Counted from the stretch's first letter, positions 9,901 through 23,266 are shown. The stretch is 64,000 nt of DNA from Laetmonice hystrix (GCA_965235115.1 OZ249436.1:7814001-7878000), one strand, 5' to 3'. Translations and numbers: made by a program. The notes: a model not told the origin generated them from the letters alone.

Positions 9901-12900
9901 ACTTTTTCAACTTATACAAGTTATAAATATGTTGTTGTAAGTAGCAAATGATCATAGCATCCTTGATATATAATATATTATATGTTTTTTGTTTTCTTGC
10001 AGAACAAAAGATATCAAGCGTTTTATTGTGAGATTCCTGCACCTTATTGACATCTTCTATGGTGGAACTAACAAGTATGTTTTTAAGCTTGCTACCTTAG
10101 TGTTCTGTAAACTTGCATTTTATTGATTTAAATCGAATCTTACATCCGTCAATGGCAAGTGCTGTTTGAACTGATGAATGGGAAGTAAAGTCTACATTTT
10201 ATGTAAATATGTCAAAATTACATTATTAGATGATTCAGCTTGGAGTCTTTAGTAGAAGATATAGTTAACTTTTAATTCTGTGTTTGGTAGAAATGGAATC
10301 ATAGGTTTTATGTTGGCCACAGTTATAGAATCAGATCAGAATTTTCCTTTTTTACATTTGAGCAATGTGAAACTGAAACCATAGCATACACACACTTAAG
10401 TGGAAAAGCTTGACATAAAACATCTTACAGGGTTGACAGTCGGGAATTACAGGAGAGTTGCCAGGCCACGCTGCAGGACTTCAACTTGTGCATGTTCTAC
10501 CAGCCATCACATGTCACCAACCCAGGAACGGAGGACGTCCAGACAACATCAGACGACCGACCACAGGTGTTGGAGGATGAGGTGGTCATTAAGGTGGTGA
10601 TTATGTGCATGATGGCCGTCCTCAACCTTCAGTATGCAGGTCAGTACACTCTGGGAACACCGACTCATCTAGGGATCACTGAGTACACTACTTGACTGTA
10701 TGTATAAATGAATGAGACTTCAAGTTTATCTCATACAACAGTACTAATAGACTGTAACTCTTGGTGTTATTTCAGGCAATAAGCAGATGACAGCAGCCAT
10801 AGCATTCAGCCTGGCTCTGTTTTCCCACGTCCTCAACCATGTTGTCATCAGGCTTCAGTCTGCACTCTACGAACTGGAAAACCCACGGAAAACTCTCAGT
10901 GTGGACAGCCCAGGTATGAACTGAAGTACTAATGGCTTTCCAAGGAGAAGAAGCCCTCTTGAAGCTCTTAATATACTAGTTCTCAGAAGTACAGATTATT
11001 TCTTTATGGGAAGATGTTTGGGGATCTTTGCAGATGGTAGCCGACTAGAGGAGAACTGTGTCAGTGAAGATAATGAGAAAGAAGCAGAGCATGCTCCCTC
11101 TCATTGTGAGGAGAAATCAGACGATAAACCTGACAAACCTGACACAAAGGTAACTACGACCATTTACTTCATTCAATGTATATCCAGAAATCTCACATTA
11201 GTCAGTGAATACACAGAAATCAGACGATAAACCTGACAAACCTGACACAAAGGTAACTACTACCATTTACTTAATATATATTCAATATATATCCAGAAAT
11301 CTCACATTAGTCAGTGAATACACAGAAATCAGATGACAGCAGCCTACTAATCAGAAATTAGATCAATCACACTAATGTTGGTTACCTAAACATTTATAAA
11401 TATTATGGATCGCAGGTAAGGGAACAAGTCTCATTTTAGGTATAGATCTTGTTTTTAGACATTCTGAAATTGATTTCAAGTTCGAATCGAAACGTCACCG
11501 CTTGACCAAGATACGTCACCGGAGGAGGAGAAGACGAGGTGACAGTGACAGTATCGTAGAGACAGGGAGCACATCTTCTGGGGATGACTCGGATCTCAGT
11601 GAAGGTAACAGTATTTGTATTTAATTTATTCCTGAGACCACGATGAACTCTTGCTAATATTTTTGATGTGTGTAAAAAGGTTAATTCCATGTAAAAAGAG
11701 CGAATAAAGTGGTTTGTGGCTAATATTCACATTGTCTCAGCCAACCAATTCTCCTTGTTACTCCATGAACCCCCACGATGCTCACTTTGATCCATTGTGT
11801 TCCCATCGCATTGAAGGTGGAGACCTGGAGAGGGCGTCAGACTCAGACTCTGAGGATGAAACAATTAACTACCTCCACGTCGAGTCAGACTCCAGCGACA
11901 CAGACAGTGAAGACAACCTGACCGCGTCACAGGAGCTACGACCTGGATTCTCTTCACCTGTCTCCAGGGGGAGCCCCAGGGACAACCTGGAGGAGACACT
12001 GGATGGTCTCCAGCAACGATTTATCTACAACACCTTTGGCTCTGACATGACACAGTAAGGAATCAGACACGAAACAATTATGTCAGGGTTAACGTCCAGA
12101 TTAAATTCTCAGGCATGTTTCTCTCTGCTGGGAGTCAAGCTTAGTCATAGTGTCATCCTAATGTGCAGAATCTGCAGAATTTAATTAAATTTTTAAAAAA
12201 TCTAATTGTGGAGGAATATTTTATCGACCAAGTACATCTAAGATTGTTGTTCATATTTTAATGAAGACTGCAAACATGAGCGTTCTTGGTATGAGACACG
12301 TATATTGTTATCTGTTATTTCAGTATAACTGTTAGCAAGTACATTTGGCTGTAAATTATTGCAGGTCCTTAACAAATGGGCTGAGCACCAACAGTGAGGA
12401 TGCCCTGAATGACGTCACGGAGTACCTTAAGGGACTTCCAACAGACTTCATGTCCAACCCCAACACATTCTTTAACCAAACACGGCTAGCCTCCCTCCTT
12501 GAGCAGGAGGACCCTGCACTAAAAGAGGAAGACCCACTCAATAACGCTGATCTCAAGGCTGTGGTCCAGGGCAAGAAGGAAGTGCGAGTCCCTCCAGGTC
12601 AGTGAACACTAGCAATAACCTCAAATAATTAAAAACTGTATTAACAATAATATGGAGGTTTGTTATTTCATACAAATATTCGTTTTATTATCTTCTTGAT
12701 TACAAAGTATCAATGTATCAAAGTCATTCAGTGGGGGGAAAATAGTGTCAGAAAGATGATTAGCTTGATTTAATAATAAATTAATTAGTCTGGTTAGATG
12801 TAACTAGTTAGATATAAACTATACTGCTAAACATCTGTCTATATTGAGAGTTTACATCATGACAATCTGAACTTTACAGTATGAAATGCCTTGTCAAGAT

Positions 12901-15096
12901 GTGCCTTTTGTATTTGATAGGCTTTGAGGAAACTGCTGATGCCCAACATGTGATGGAGATAACGGAGAAGCTGGCTGACTTTGTGATAGAGACTGACACA
13001 GATATGAGCAGCATGCCTACAGACACAGAGAATTCAAGTCTGCCGACAGAGAGTGAGCTAGAGATAGAGACAACAGAGACAGACCGAGAGAGTGCCGAGA
13101 GTGTCATCGACAGGTGAGTGGACAGGGCGTACATGGCGCCACCTGATGGCAACCTAGGGAAGCTATTGCAGTCTGCCCTCTGGTGGCCAGTCTGCCCAGT
13201 GCCCTCTAGTGGCAACAGCAATCAACGTTAACCTTTAGATATCTCCAATATCAAAGTATAACGAGGCAGTGAGTGTTTCAGATCTTAATGTCAAGTCAGC
13301 AGTGAAATGGAAGTTCTTGATTTGTAATTAGCTAAGTACTTGTCATGAATATATAAAGTTGTAAGGGATATGTAAGTATCACCATAGTAATACTAACAGG
13401 TTGTCTGTGATTTTCAATGTTGACCTAGAAATGAGATAGAGGAGCGCCACCTGGAGAGATTGGTACAAGTTATCAGTGCGGAAGGTCTGCTGAAAGCCAT
13501 CAAGATGTACTGTGATTGGATGAGCTGTCACCCACATATCATTGCTACCTGTGCCCAGGTAAGTTGATACACCTGTACCTATGCTTGGGTCAATTATACC
13601 ATTCACCTTACTGTATTAGTCTGGTTCACCAGGCTGACTGTCGATCTGAAGTAAGATTGAGAATATCCTCAGGGTTTCCAAATAAAATCTTGGAATAACA
13701 CCAGCCTTTGTAACTAGGCCTTGGTTGCTCCATTATGTATAGTTAAATGCTCAAAAATTCCTAACTTGCAGAGCTCTAAATCTCTCTGGTCTCGTCTGGC
13801 TGTGCTGCTGAATTTTCTGCCACTGGAATCGGATCTGGCTCGGGAAGGTGAGCATTGCTAAATAGAACGCGGGCCATAAATGGAGCAAGAGAACACCGGA
13901 ATTAAATCTCCCACCATATCTCACCATGGTAACCAATGTAGCCAACAAAACTATCAACTATAAAAATACATAATATATATAGTGGGTTTGACTTCGTGTA
14001 GCACATGACCTTAATCAAACAATTCTGGTAGAACATAGACTCACTTGATAGAACCTATATAAACCCAGCTGGTTGAAACTAGCAAATGGTAGAATCAGCG
14101 ACTGACGGCAGGCTTCCAGTACTAGTAAAGCTAAACACCAGGGGGCAGCACAGGCGTCTCTAGTAGGTGCTGCCCCCTGTCCCTAGGATACAAACGGTGA
14201 AGGAGATCTCTGTTATCGCAGAAGGACGCATCCAATGCCCAGTCCCTCTGGTTATACCATTGAGTTTTAAATAAATTGGTTTTAAAACCAGATTGCGTGC
14301 AATCTCCAAGCTAATTCAATGTGTGTGAGAAGATAGTCGGAATCTGGGTCTTGTTGATGTTTCACTTTCAAGGTTCAGATGGAATTACTAACAATTGGGA
14401 TGTTTTATTGTGTCAGGTTTAAATCAATGTTTGAGGTTGACTATGCGAGAGACCATTGGTTGAGTTTCTCACCGTAGATAATGGTTGTTTCAGAGCTGTG
14501 TGAGTCTGACACCGTACTGACAATGGTGGAGCAGGCAGCGGGCCAGGACTGGAATCCCCTCGAACCCCTGTGTGAGGACCTTCACCTCCAGAAATTCCTG
14601 CCACTACTAGAGGCACATCACACACTTCACTTCGACAAGACTGAACGCCTCAACCTCTCTCGTAAACAGGAGGTAACTATAGAGGGGTCAATCACACAGC
14701 ATCTTGAAAAATCTGTTACAGAAACTTCTTTGTTGATTTCTTTATTGATGATTTCTATGTCTTAAAAATCCAGAATAATTGTAAATGATATTTTGGCATG
14801 TCAGTTCATTTTTCAGATGGTTAAATGGTTGATCCTTAGAAACTTTCAACAGATAAATAACATCTAATCTGTTAGAGGATGTTTTAACATCACTTGATTG
14901 TTCTGTATACTGTGCTAAAGATATGTACTAACTTTTCCTGTAGGCTCTTCTCAGGATATGCTGCCTACGTCGATTTGGCTACCAAGTGGCCAGGATGAAG
15001 TCCATCCAGTTTATCTATGATGCAGACAAAGCAATGTTCCTCGGCCCTCTGCAGCTAGAAGCCCACCAGGAAGAAAAGATGGCTACAGAGAAAATG
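6993..15096 (+). CDS. SMG5: Nonsense-mediated decay factor SMG5 (EST1B), 19 exons, 907 codons; C-terminal PIN-domain exons not found in window
   Basis: Exons: 6993-7060, 8096-8194, 8388-8511, 8703-8961, 9124-9213, 9464-9542, 9690-9830, 10003-10074, 10431-10639, 10776-10913, 11034-11149, 11481-11604, 11817-12054, 12365-12597, 12921-13113, 13429-13558, 13772-13847, 14494-14672, 14944-15096. All are GT-AG and phase-consistent. SMG5 motifs: YGRKAEELLWRKVYY, ACHRCLLYLGDLARY, GMPHNQLGTLAG, FEGAQGNL, DFNLCMFY, AAIAFSLALFSH, GDDSDLSEG, AEGLLKAIK, SLWSRLAVLLNFLP, RICCLRRFG. An in-frame stop lies 9 nt before the ATG. Confidence 0.95.
11112..11335 (+). repeat. Tandem duplication (about 103-109 bp) spanning the SMG5 exon 11 donor junction
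   Basis: AGAAATCAGACGATAAACCTGACAAACCTGACACAAAG|GTAACTAC...GTCAGTGAATACAC occurs at 11112 and 11215, with a third start at 11324. Confidence 0.9.
13136..13213 (-). promoter_or_regulatory. Three tandem CTCF-like motifs in an SMG5 intron
   Basis: Minus strand reads GCCACTAGAGGGCAC (13199-13213), GCCACCAGAGGGCAG (13173-13187) and GCCATCAGGTGGCGC (13136-13150), each matching the bilaterian CTCF core. Confidence 0.6.
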
Positions 15097-15979
15097 GTGA
15101 GTAGAATCAACCCCCAAAAGTCTTACACTCGATTCTATCCAGTGGGAATTGATTATATCCTTTACGTAAGAAGGGCAGAAAGGGATTGTTTCAGGTGGTC
15201 TTTCTCTCTGCGAATTGGTTGGTAGGGTTGTCTGGTATTGTATCGAGGGATTCACAGAGAAACTGAATTATTTATTTGACCAGGATGACTGTTACAATCT
15301 GTCCCATCCATATCTATGTCCAGTTTCCATACAGATTCTTCCGTGTACAATTCACCGTAGAAACCAGAGGTATTTGGTGAGAAGGTTTTGTGACGGTGAC
15401 GGGAGATTTTTTTTTCAGTATAGTTTACCTAAAGCAAATTGACAAAGTGCCATCCAATTCACAACGTTGTTTGCACATAGCCGAGGGACATTTGACAGTA
15501 TGTTTTATACTTGTGATATACATCTTGAATAATCTTTAAACACTGTAGGGCGTTCACGGAATTTAATCTACTCACAAATGAGGGAGAATACTGGGATCTT
15601 ACAAAAAATGAAAGTTTTTAGGGATTATTAATGTGTAGGCATTAGTATGCAGTAACATGGTATATTTCAGTATTGTGCCTAAAAAATAAAGTAATAATTA
15701 AATGGGATCGTTGCAAATAAGTAAAGCTAGCTTTTTATCTTGGTGTATGGTACTGGTAGATATATATATAAGGTAAAGGTTACAAACTACAAAGTGTATA
15801 CAGGCCATCAACTGTGTGCTTGACCAATGGCAAGTTTATGCTAGAACCAGTAATCACATGGAATATATGCAAGTAAGTTTATCCCGGTACTTTTTACCGT
15901 TACCGTATATCGATGATACCTGTGGATGGTAACGTTAGCCAGCTGTAGCTTTGAATGTTGATCTCCATAGCCACTGGAA

Positions 15980-18207
15980 GGGGCAGCAGTCAGTGGTGGT
16001 CAGTGAAGTCAGGGGGCAGCAGTCAGTGGTGGTCAGTGAAGTCAGGGGGCAGCAGTCAGTGGTGGTCAGTGAAGTCAGGGGGCTGCAGTCAGTGGTGGTC
16101 AGTGAAGTCAGTGGTGGTCAGTGATGTCAGGGGGCAGCAGTCAGTCACTGTGGTGGTCAGTGAAGTCAGGGGGCAGCAGTCAGTCACTGTGGTGGTCAGT
16201 GAAGTCAGGGGGCAGCAGTCAGTCACTGTGGTGGTCAGTGAAGTCAGGGGGCAGCAGTCAGTGGTGGTCAGTGAAGTCACTGGTGGTCAGTGAAGTCAGG
16301 GGGCAGCAGTCAGTGGTGGTCAGTGAAGTCAGGGGGCAGCAGTCACTGGTGGTCAGTGAAGTCAGGGGGCAGCAGTCAGTGAAGTCAGGGGGCAGCAGTC
16401 AGTGGTGGTCAGTGAAGTCAGGGGGCAGCAGTCAGTGGTGGTCAGTGAAGTCAGGGGGCAGCAGTCAGTGGTGGTCAGTGAAGTCAGGGGGCAGCAGTCA
16501 GTGGTGGTCAGTGAAGTCAGGGGGCAGCAGTCAGTGGTGGTCAGTGAAGTCAGGGGGCAGCAGTCAGTGGTGGTCAGTGAAGTCAGGGGGCAGCAGTCAG
16601 TGAAGTCAGGGGGCAGCAGTCAGTGGTGGTCAGTGAAGTCAGGGGGCAGCAGTCAGTGGTGGTCAGTGAAGTCAGGGGGCAGCAGTCAGTGGTGGTCAGT
16701 GAAGTCAGGGGGCAGCAGTCAGTGGTGGTCAGTGAAGTCAGGGGGCTGCAGTCAGTGGTGGTCAGTGAAGTCAGGGGGCAGCAGTCACTGGTGGTCAGTG
16801 ATGTCAGGGGGCAGCAGTCAGTGAAGTCAGGGGGCAGCAGTCAGTGGTGGTCAGTGATGTCAGGGGGCAGCAGTCAGTGGTGGTCAGTGAAGTCAGGGGG
16901 CAGCAGTCAGTGGTGGTCAGTGATGTCAGGGGGCAGCAGTCACTGGTGGTCAGTGATGTCAGGGGGCAGCAGTCAGTGGTGGTCAGTGAAGTCAGGGGGT
17001 AGCAGTCACTGGTGGTCAGTGAAGTCAGGGGGCAGCAGTCAGTGGTGGTCAGTGAAGTCAGGGGGCTGCAGTCAGTGGTGGTCAGTGAAGTCAGGGGGCA
17101 GCAGTCAGTGGTGGTCAGTGAAGTCAGGGGGCAGCAGTCAGTGGTGGTCAGTGAAGTCAGGGGGCAGCAGTCAGTGGTGGTCAGTGAAGTCAGCGGTGGT
17201 CAGTGAAGTCAGGGGGCAGCAGTCAGTGGTGGTCAGTGAAGTCAGTGGTGGTCAGTGAAGTCAGGGGGCAGCAGTCAGTGGTGGTCAGTGAAGTCAGGGG
17301 GCAGCTGTCAGTGGTGGTCAGTGAAGTCAGGAGGCAGCAGTCAGTGGTGGTCAGTGAAGTCAGGGGGCAGCAGTCAGTGGTGGTCAGTGAAGTCAGGGGG
17401 CAGCAGTCAGTGGTGGTCAGTGAAGTCAGGGGGCAGCAGTCAGTGGTGGTCAGTGAAGTCAGGGGGCAGCAGTCAGTGGTGGTCAGTGAAGTCAGGAGTC
17501 AGGGGGCAGCAGTCAGTGGTGGTCAGTGAAGTCAGTGGTGGTCAGTGAAGTCAGGGGGCAGCAGTCAGTGGTGGTCAGTGAAGTCAGGGGGCAGCAGTCA
17601 GTGGTGGTCAGTGAAGTCAGGGGGCAGCAGTCAGTGGTGGTCAGTGAAGTCAGGGGGCAGCAGTCAGTGGTGGTCAGTGAAGTCAGGGGGCAGCAGTCAG
17701 TGGTGGTCAGTGAAGTCAGGGGGCAGCAGTCAGTGGTGGTCAGTGAAGTCAGTGGTGGTCAGTGAAGTCAGGGGGCAGCAGTCAGTGGTGGTCAGTGAAG
17801 TCAGGGGGCTGCAGTCACTGGTGGTCAGTGAAGTCAGGGGGCTGCAGTCAGCGGTGGTCAGTGAAGTCAGGGGGCAGCAGTCAGTGGTGGTCAGTGAAGT
17901 CAGGGGGCAGCAGTCAGCGGTGGTCAGTGAAGTCAGGGGGCAGCAGTCAGCGGTGGTCAGTGAAGTCAGGGGGCAGCAGTCAGTGGTGGTCAGTGAAGTC
18001 AGGGGGCTGCAGTCAGTGGTGGTCAGTGAAGTCAGGGGGCAGCAGTCAGTGGTGGTCAGTGAAGTCAGGGGGCAGCAGTCAGTGGTGGTCAGTGAAGTCA
18101 GGGGGCAGCAGTCAGTGGTGGTCAGTGCAGTCAGGGGGCAGCAGTCAGTGGTGGTCAGTGAAGTCAGGGGGCAGCAGTCAGTGGTGGTCAGTGAAGTCAG
18201 GGGGCAG
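15980..18207. repeat. Minisatellite, 33 bp unit GTCAGTGAAGTCAGGGGGCAGCAGTCAGTGGTG, roughly 65-70 copies
   Basis: Near-perfect array with deletion and insertion variants built from GTCAG sub-repeats. It is the source of the VVSEVRGQQS / SGGSSQWWSVK ORFs. Confidence 0.97.
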
Positions 18208-18947
18208 TGTTTAACTTAGGATTATCCCGGTCAAGGGCATGGATGATTGATATTCTCACTTTATTGTATAACAGAACCAGTATGTTGTTAAACAAAGGCT
18301 TTAATCTCAAGGATACAGTGAATGACATGAATTGCTTGATAGCCAAGGTGGGTCTGTGTGCTTCAACCTGCTTGGGGTAGCTGATGTTTGACAGGTTGGG
18401 TGGGAGGCGGCCCACTTGACAGTAGGCTGGTATATTTGCCTACTTCAGGCCCACAGAGAGCACCACTGTAAAGGCGCTATGAACTCTGCCGTAACTGTTT
18501 GATCTCCAAGTTCAGTGAAGGAAACGCCCTCAGATCTTTGAAAACGGCAGTTTTTCTTTTCTTTTTTTTGAAAGGTGATCTTGTTGGATATATTATCAGG
18601 CAGTATATTACCAGTATTTTAGCGAAGCTCTAAACGCAATACTTCAATGCCCTGGTGTGATGAGAGTCTCTTGAGCTCCTTTACTTTTAACGGGACTCCT
18701 TCAATCAGGTGTGTGTGGGGGGCGGGGGGTGGGGGTGGTGCGAGGGCTCGGTGGTCTCTGACTGTAAGAGTATTAAGTGAGTGACATTGGTAAACGCAGA
18801 AGAATTCCAGATGAGAGCCGTAAAATAACTGAATTATTTTCTATCGGCATATTCACTAACTGGCTAGCGTCAAAAATAATCTATCCTAACCCGGAAAAAC
18901 TTATTATTTTATGATACGCATCTAACAGCCTAGAAGATGGGGATAGT

Positions 18948-19079
18948 GGCGGAACTAATTTTGATGGTTCACTAATTTTGTGCTGTTAGGATCGAAATTA
19001 GTTCCCAGGATAGGTAGTTTTGTCAAAATTAGTTCCCTGGGAATTAATTTCGCAGGGAACTATATTTGCGCGACACCTG
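18948..19079. mobile_element. Right-arm fragment of a foldback-type MITE
   Basis: Alternating GGAACTAATTTT / AAATTAGTTCC inverted sub-repeats ending in GACACCTG, the same terminus as the element at 23267-23563. Confidence 0.45.
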
Positions 19080-19403
19080 CGCCGCAATTTTGACACTATG
19101 TGGGAGTTTGTGTAGGCCATCTTAAACAAAAATCAGAAAACAAATTGCGATATATTTGTATATATTTGTATGTTTTGATATATTTATTTATTGCTTATTT
19201 ATATGTCTACACTCATTGTAATGGGCCCAACTACATCCATGCTTTTTCGGAATTGGCTGACCGGACTGGCCGGCTTAGTTATAAGGCCCTCCTCACAAGG
19301 AGGTGAACTTTACTGTCAACAGCCATGGTTACAAGGAGGCCGTGCACTTTACTGACGACTGAAACAGAAGTATGCGGGGATCTTGGAGCGGGATGAAACT
19401 CGA

Positions 19404-20037
19404 GGGCATTCAACCCCAGAGTACCTGTGACTGACCATGGGGGATCTTGGAGCAAGTAAACTGACAAACTTTCTCAGGTCAGGCAGAAAGGGCCTTCAAC
19501 CCCAGAGTACCTATGACTGACCACGGGGGATCTTGGAGCAAGTAAACTGACAAACTTTCTCACGTCAGGCATAAAGGGCATTCAACCCCAGAGTACCTGT
19601 GACTGACCACGGGGGATCTTGGAGCAAGTAAACTGACAAACTTTCTCACGTCAGGCATAAAGGGCATTCAAACCCTGAGTACCTGGGACTGACCACGGGG
19701 ATCTTGGAACAAGTAAACTGACAAACTTTCTCACGTCAGGCATAAAGGGCATTCAACCCCTGAGTACCTGGGACTGACCACGGGGATCTTGGAACAAGTA
19801 AACTGACAAACTTTCTCACGTCAGGCATAAAGGGCATTCAAACCCTGAGTACCTGGGACTGACCACGGGGATCTTGGAACAAGTAAACTGACAAACTTTC
19901 TCACGTCAGGCATAAAGGGCATTCAAACCCAGAGTACCTATGACTGACCACGGGGATCTTGGAGCAAGTAAACTGACAAACTTTCTCACGTCAGGCATAA
20001 AGGGCATTCAAACCCAGAGTACCTGTGACTGACCACG
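19404..20037. repeat. Tandem repeat, 85-86 bp unit, about 7.4 copies
   Basis: GGGCATTCAACCCCAGAGTACCTGTGACTGACCACGGGGGATCTTGGAGCAAGTAAACTGACAAACTTTCTCACGTCAGGCATAAA starts at 19404, 19490, 19576, 19662, 19747, 19832, 19917 and 20002. Confidence 0.95.
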
Positions 20038-21445
20038 ACTGAGCCACACCCACCCACCCACCCCGATTGAAGCTAATTTATTTTTTCTTTACACTGTATA
20101 ATACTGTATTGGACCAGTCACATTTCTTGTGTACTGAACCACGGGCGTTGAGTGATTTTATATTCCAAACGGTTGTCACCAATATATAGTCAGATTCGGT
20201 GATGATTTGTTACCTGAGCCGGAGTCTTCAGGGAAAGAGGGTCATATGGGGGTGCCACTCTAACGGAGGGGGTACTTCAGTGGACGTCGATGGGGTTACA
20301 TTGTACCCTGTAACAATACAATGTAGTTACCCTGACAGGTCTCGAGGACACCCCCACCCCTTTACCCTCCCGGCTGCCTCGAAACTTTTCTGTTTACTCA
20401 ACTCGGCACACAGCGCCCCCGCGCGGGCAAATGCTGATGCATTGTGGCCACTTGACAGACAAGCGTTGGCGAACAAATGGTGGGATTAGGTGGGGCGATT
20501 ACACCCCACCGCAGATGAACATACATGGCATGAGCCTGGCGAAAACTAATTCTCTCGGTCGACCCTGCAGCACTGCCAGCTATTCTGTATACGTTTGAGC
20601 TGCACAATCTATTCAGCCGCAGACCCAAATGTACTTTTCCTGCTGAGGGCGGGTTTGGATTGCAAGCCCTGAATGTGTCTAATCACTTGTCCAAATTTGC
20701 AAACACAGCAAGCAAACCATGGCGTATTCGATGGGCTCTGCTGCCTTTGTCAAACTCTTTGCTGAGCGCGACAGAGAGTGCTTCTTGGCTTTGCTGCAGC
20801 CTGCAACTGTGTGGACTGTCAATATTGTCGGTGGGGCTGAGAGGGCCTGCTGTGGAAATTGTGCTGGACAGACTTGTTTGAACAGGCGTCTCTCCGTGTG
20901 TGTGCTCATTTCGGCCATGTGGACACATGGTCGCCCATAAGCCGTTAACGGGGTTTGTCTAACAAATCAGCAGGCTATTAGGCTGTGCTGGTGAGCGGGG
21001 TCGGGTCTGATCAATACGACCAATGGGAGGTGGGGGTGGAGTGGGGTGGATTGATGGTACTGGCAGGCCCTAGTCACCCCATCCTCCCAGCCCCAACACA
21101 TCACCCCCACACGTCCACGACTGAAGGGTACTTCGCCTGCCCCATCGCTAGAAGTAACACCTGTCTATGGGAACAACTGCACCTGTGTACGAGTGACCAC
21201 CCTCCAGACGTCATCCGTGCAACAGGTCAGGGGAGACCAAGGCCCGCCATACAATTCTGTCTCAGCCAATAATCCAAGCAATAGATGTGCCCAATCTAGG
21301 GTGAAATGGTGCCGGTCTCGCTTAGATTCAACCATGCCTTACACCATTTAACTTTTATAGACACAAATGTTATGGATATGACTGAGACTGTCATCCATAT
21401 GACCTTTCAGTTAAATATAATTTCCACTTCAATATATTTCCACTA

Positions 21446-21657
21446 CAGTATGTCCCCCCTAAAAATGATAGTCTTGTGTTCCATTGTCAAAAAGAGATAC
21501 TGGTTGTGATCAGTAATGCATGACCCTGTCAATACCAAACTTGCTGAGAGTTATCCAGGGGGATCAAACTTTATGTTCAACTTCAAAATTCAAAATTCGA
21601 CAATCCTCTAAAATATCTAAGTGTATTGCACACCTAAAGTTTTTTGGGGACATACTG
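21446..21657 (+). mobile_element. Tc1/mariner-type MITE, copy 1
   Basis: TIRs CAGTATGTCCCC / GGGGACATACTG with TA on both flanks. A highly similar inverted copy lies at 62557-62784. Confidence 0.85.
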
Positions 21658-23266
21658 TATATTCTGTTGCAGCGATCGAGTTGACCAGAGTCGCCTAGAA
21701 TTTAACTGAGGTTCCTTGGAATAGATTTAACACCTGACCTTTTCGCCTGTCTTTTCACGCAAAGGAAACCGGTTTATTAGGTCATAATATTGGAATTTTA
21801 AAGATTTGACCCATGGTTCTACACATCCTTACAGCTGTCAGTCCCGTTGAAGGGCACAAATAATCATGACAGATTACCGCCATTTGGTCTCAAAATAAAA
21901 CACCGAGGTTATACAACCCCTTTCCTACAGCATGGGACATGCATGTCCGGTTACAGTATTTGTTCATTACACTAATTGAAACATGATCCCAGCTCTAACG
22001 GCAAGATCCCTGTACTTGAACTATCGCATGCTACTGTTAGTTGTTTGCTGATACACTACAGTTCAGATAAAAACAGAAACGTAAACGTCATAAAACAATC
22101 TATTTCAAGGAAAGTAATTTTCTTTTTCTAAAGAAAGAATAAGACGTAAACTATTTCTAGGACAAGAGGCCTTTGTGAGATTGTTTTGTAGAATGTTCGG
22201 AAAAAGTCAAGCCCCCATTCCTCTTTCCTCTCCTCTCCGTGGCTTTTTCCATTTGTGATGAAAAGAACAGAAAAACACCCTGGATTCGTTCTGCTGGAGA
22301 TTGCTTATTCTGTCCAGGACTTGGGCAACTTCTGTCAATATTGATCTGGGCACTGAATCTGTGTTTTCTCTTATCCATTGTACACTGCAACATCAATATT
22401 TGGCTGTGGAAGGGTTAATATTTGACTAGGGTCGATTGTTCACCGTTAGGCAATAGGACACCAAGGGTCAATGCATTCTGAAGCCAAATGTTTGGCGGCG
22501 GTGCTGGTTTTGAGCCCAAATATTAGACAGATGGCGAAAAAATGAGGGTCTAGCAGCTTTCAGTGTGAGAGGGGCTGGCCATTGTGTTCAGTCAGGGTCG
22601 CTGCGATGGGCGTAACTTTTTTAAACTTGTGACTTTGAGAGGGCAATATGCGAGAGGATTTTTGTACGGGGATGTGTATGTTTGAGTTTGGAACGTGACC
22701 AAGTCAGACGAGAAGGAGTGTTGACAGGCTGGCTGTCAATATGTGGCCAGTATTGGTGGCGGTGGTGGTGGGGGGTTGCTCAGCGGGGCTCAAGATTGTC
22801 CCACTGTTTGCAGGAGTCGGTCAACATTTGTGCAGTGTGAGAGCGAGGCTATGCGCAGTCATGCGCCTGCCCTCGCCAACATGTTTGCACCAACCACACA
22901 ATAGAACCGTGTCTATTTACACCACCTAGCTTCATTCAGACAACATCCACGCCACCAAAAATGCCATGAAATCCATAGCCCTTGATATTAGGTAACGCAC
23001 ACCATATACCATTAAGCCCATTTGGAATTGTGAACGTTTAATGTGTTTTTGACTAGGTTGAGTTTGTTAATTTGAATGCGGTAACTGTACCATTGTGTTT
23101 CAGTATTGAAACATCTCCCTCGTGTTTCGTTCATGTCGGGAATGTATTTAAGTTATTGGTCATCAGGACACGAAGGTTACCGATATATCATGATTACATC
23201 ATTGTATCAATTGTGTATCATGGTGATACGAGAATGGATAAAACCGATTATAGCAAAACGAGTGTA

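Noticed and set aside
15955..18219. Many ORFs with VVSEVRGQQS / SGGSSQWWSVK repeats
   Set aside because: Artefacts of the 33 bp minisatellite; frames switch with unit indels.
20398..20940. Overlapping 73-81 aa ORFs on both strands
   Set aside because: No family similarity or splice support; more consistent with GC-rich non-coding DNA.
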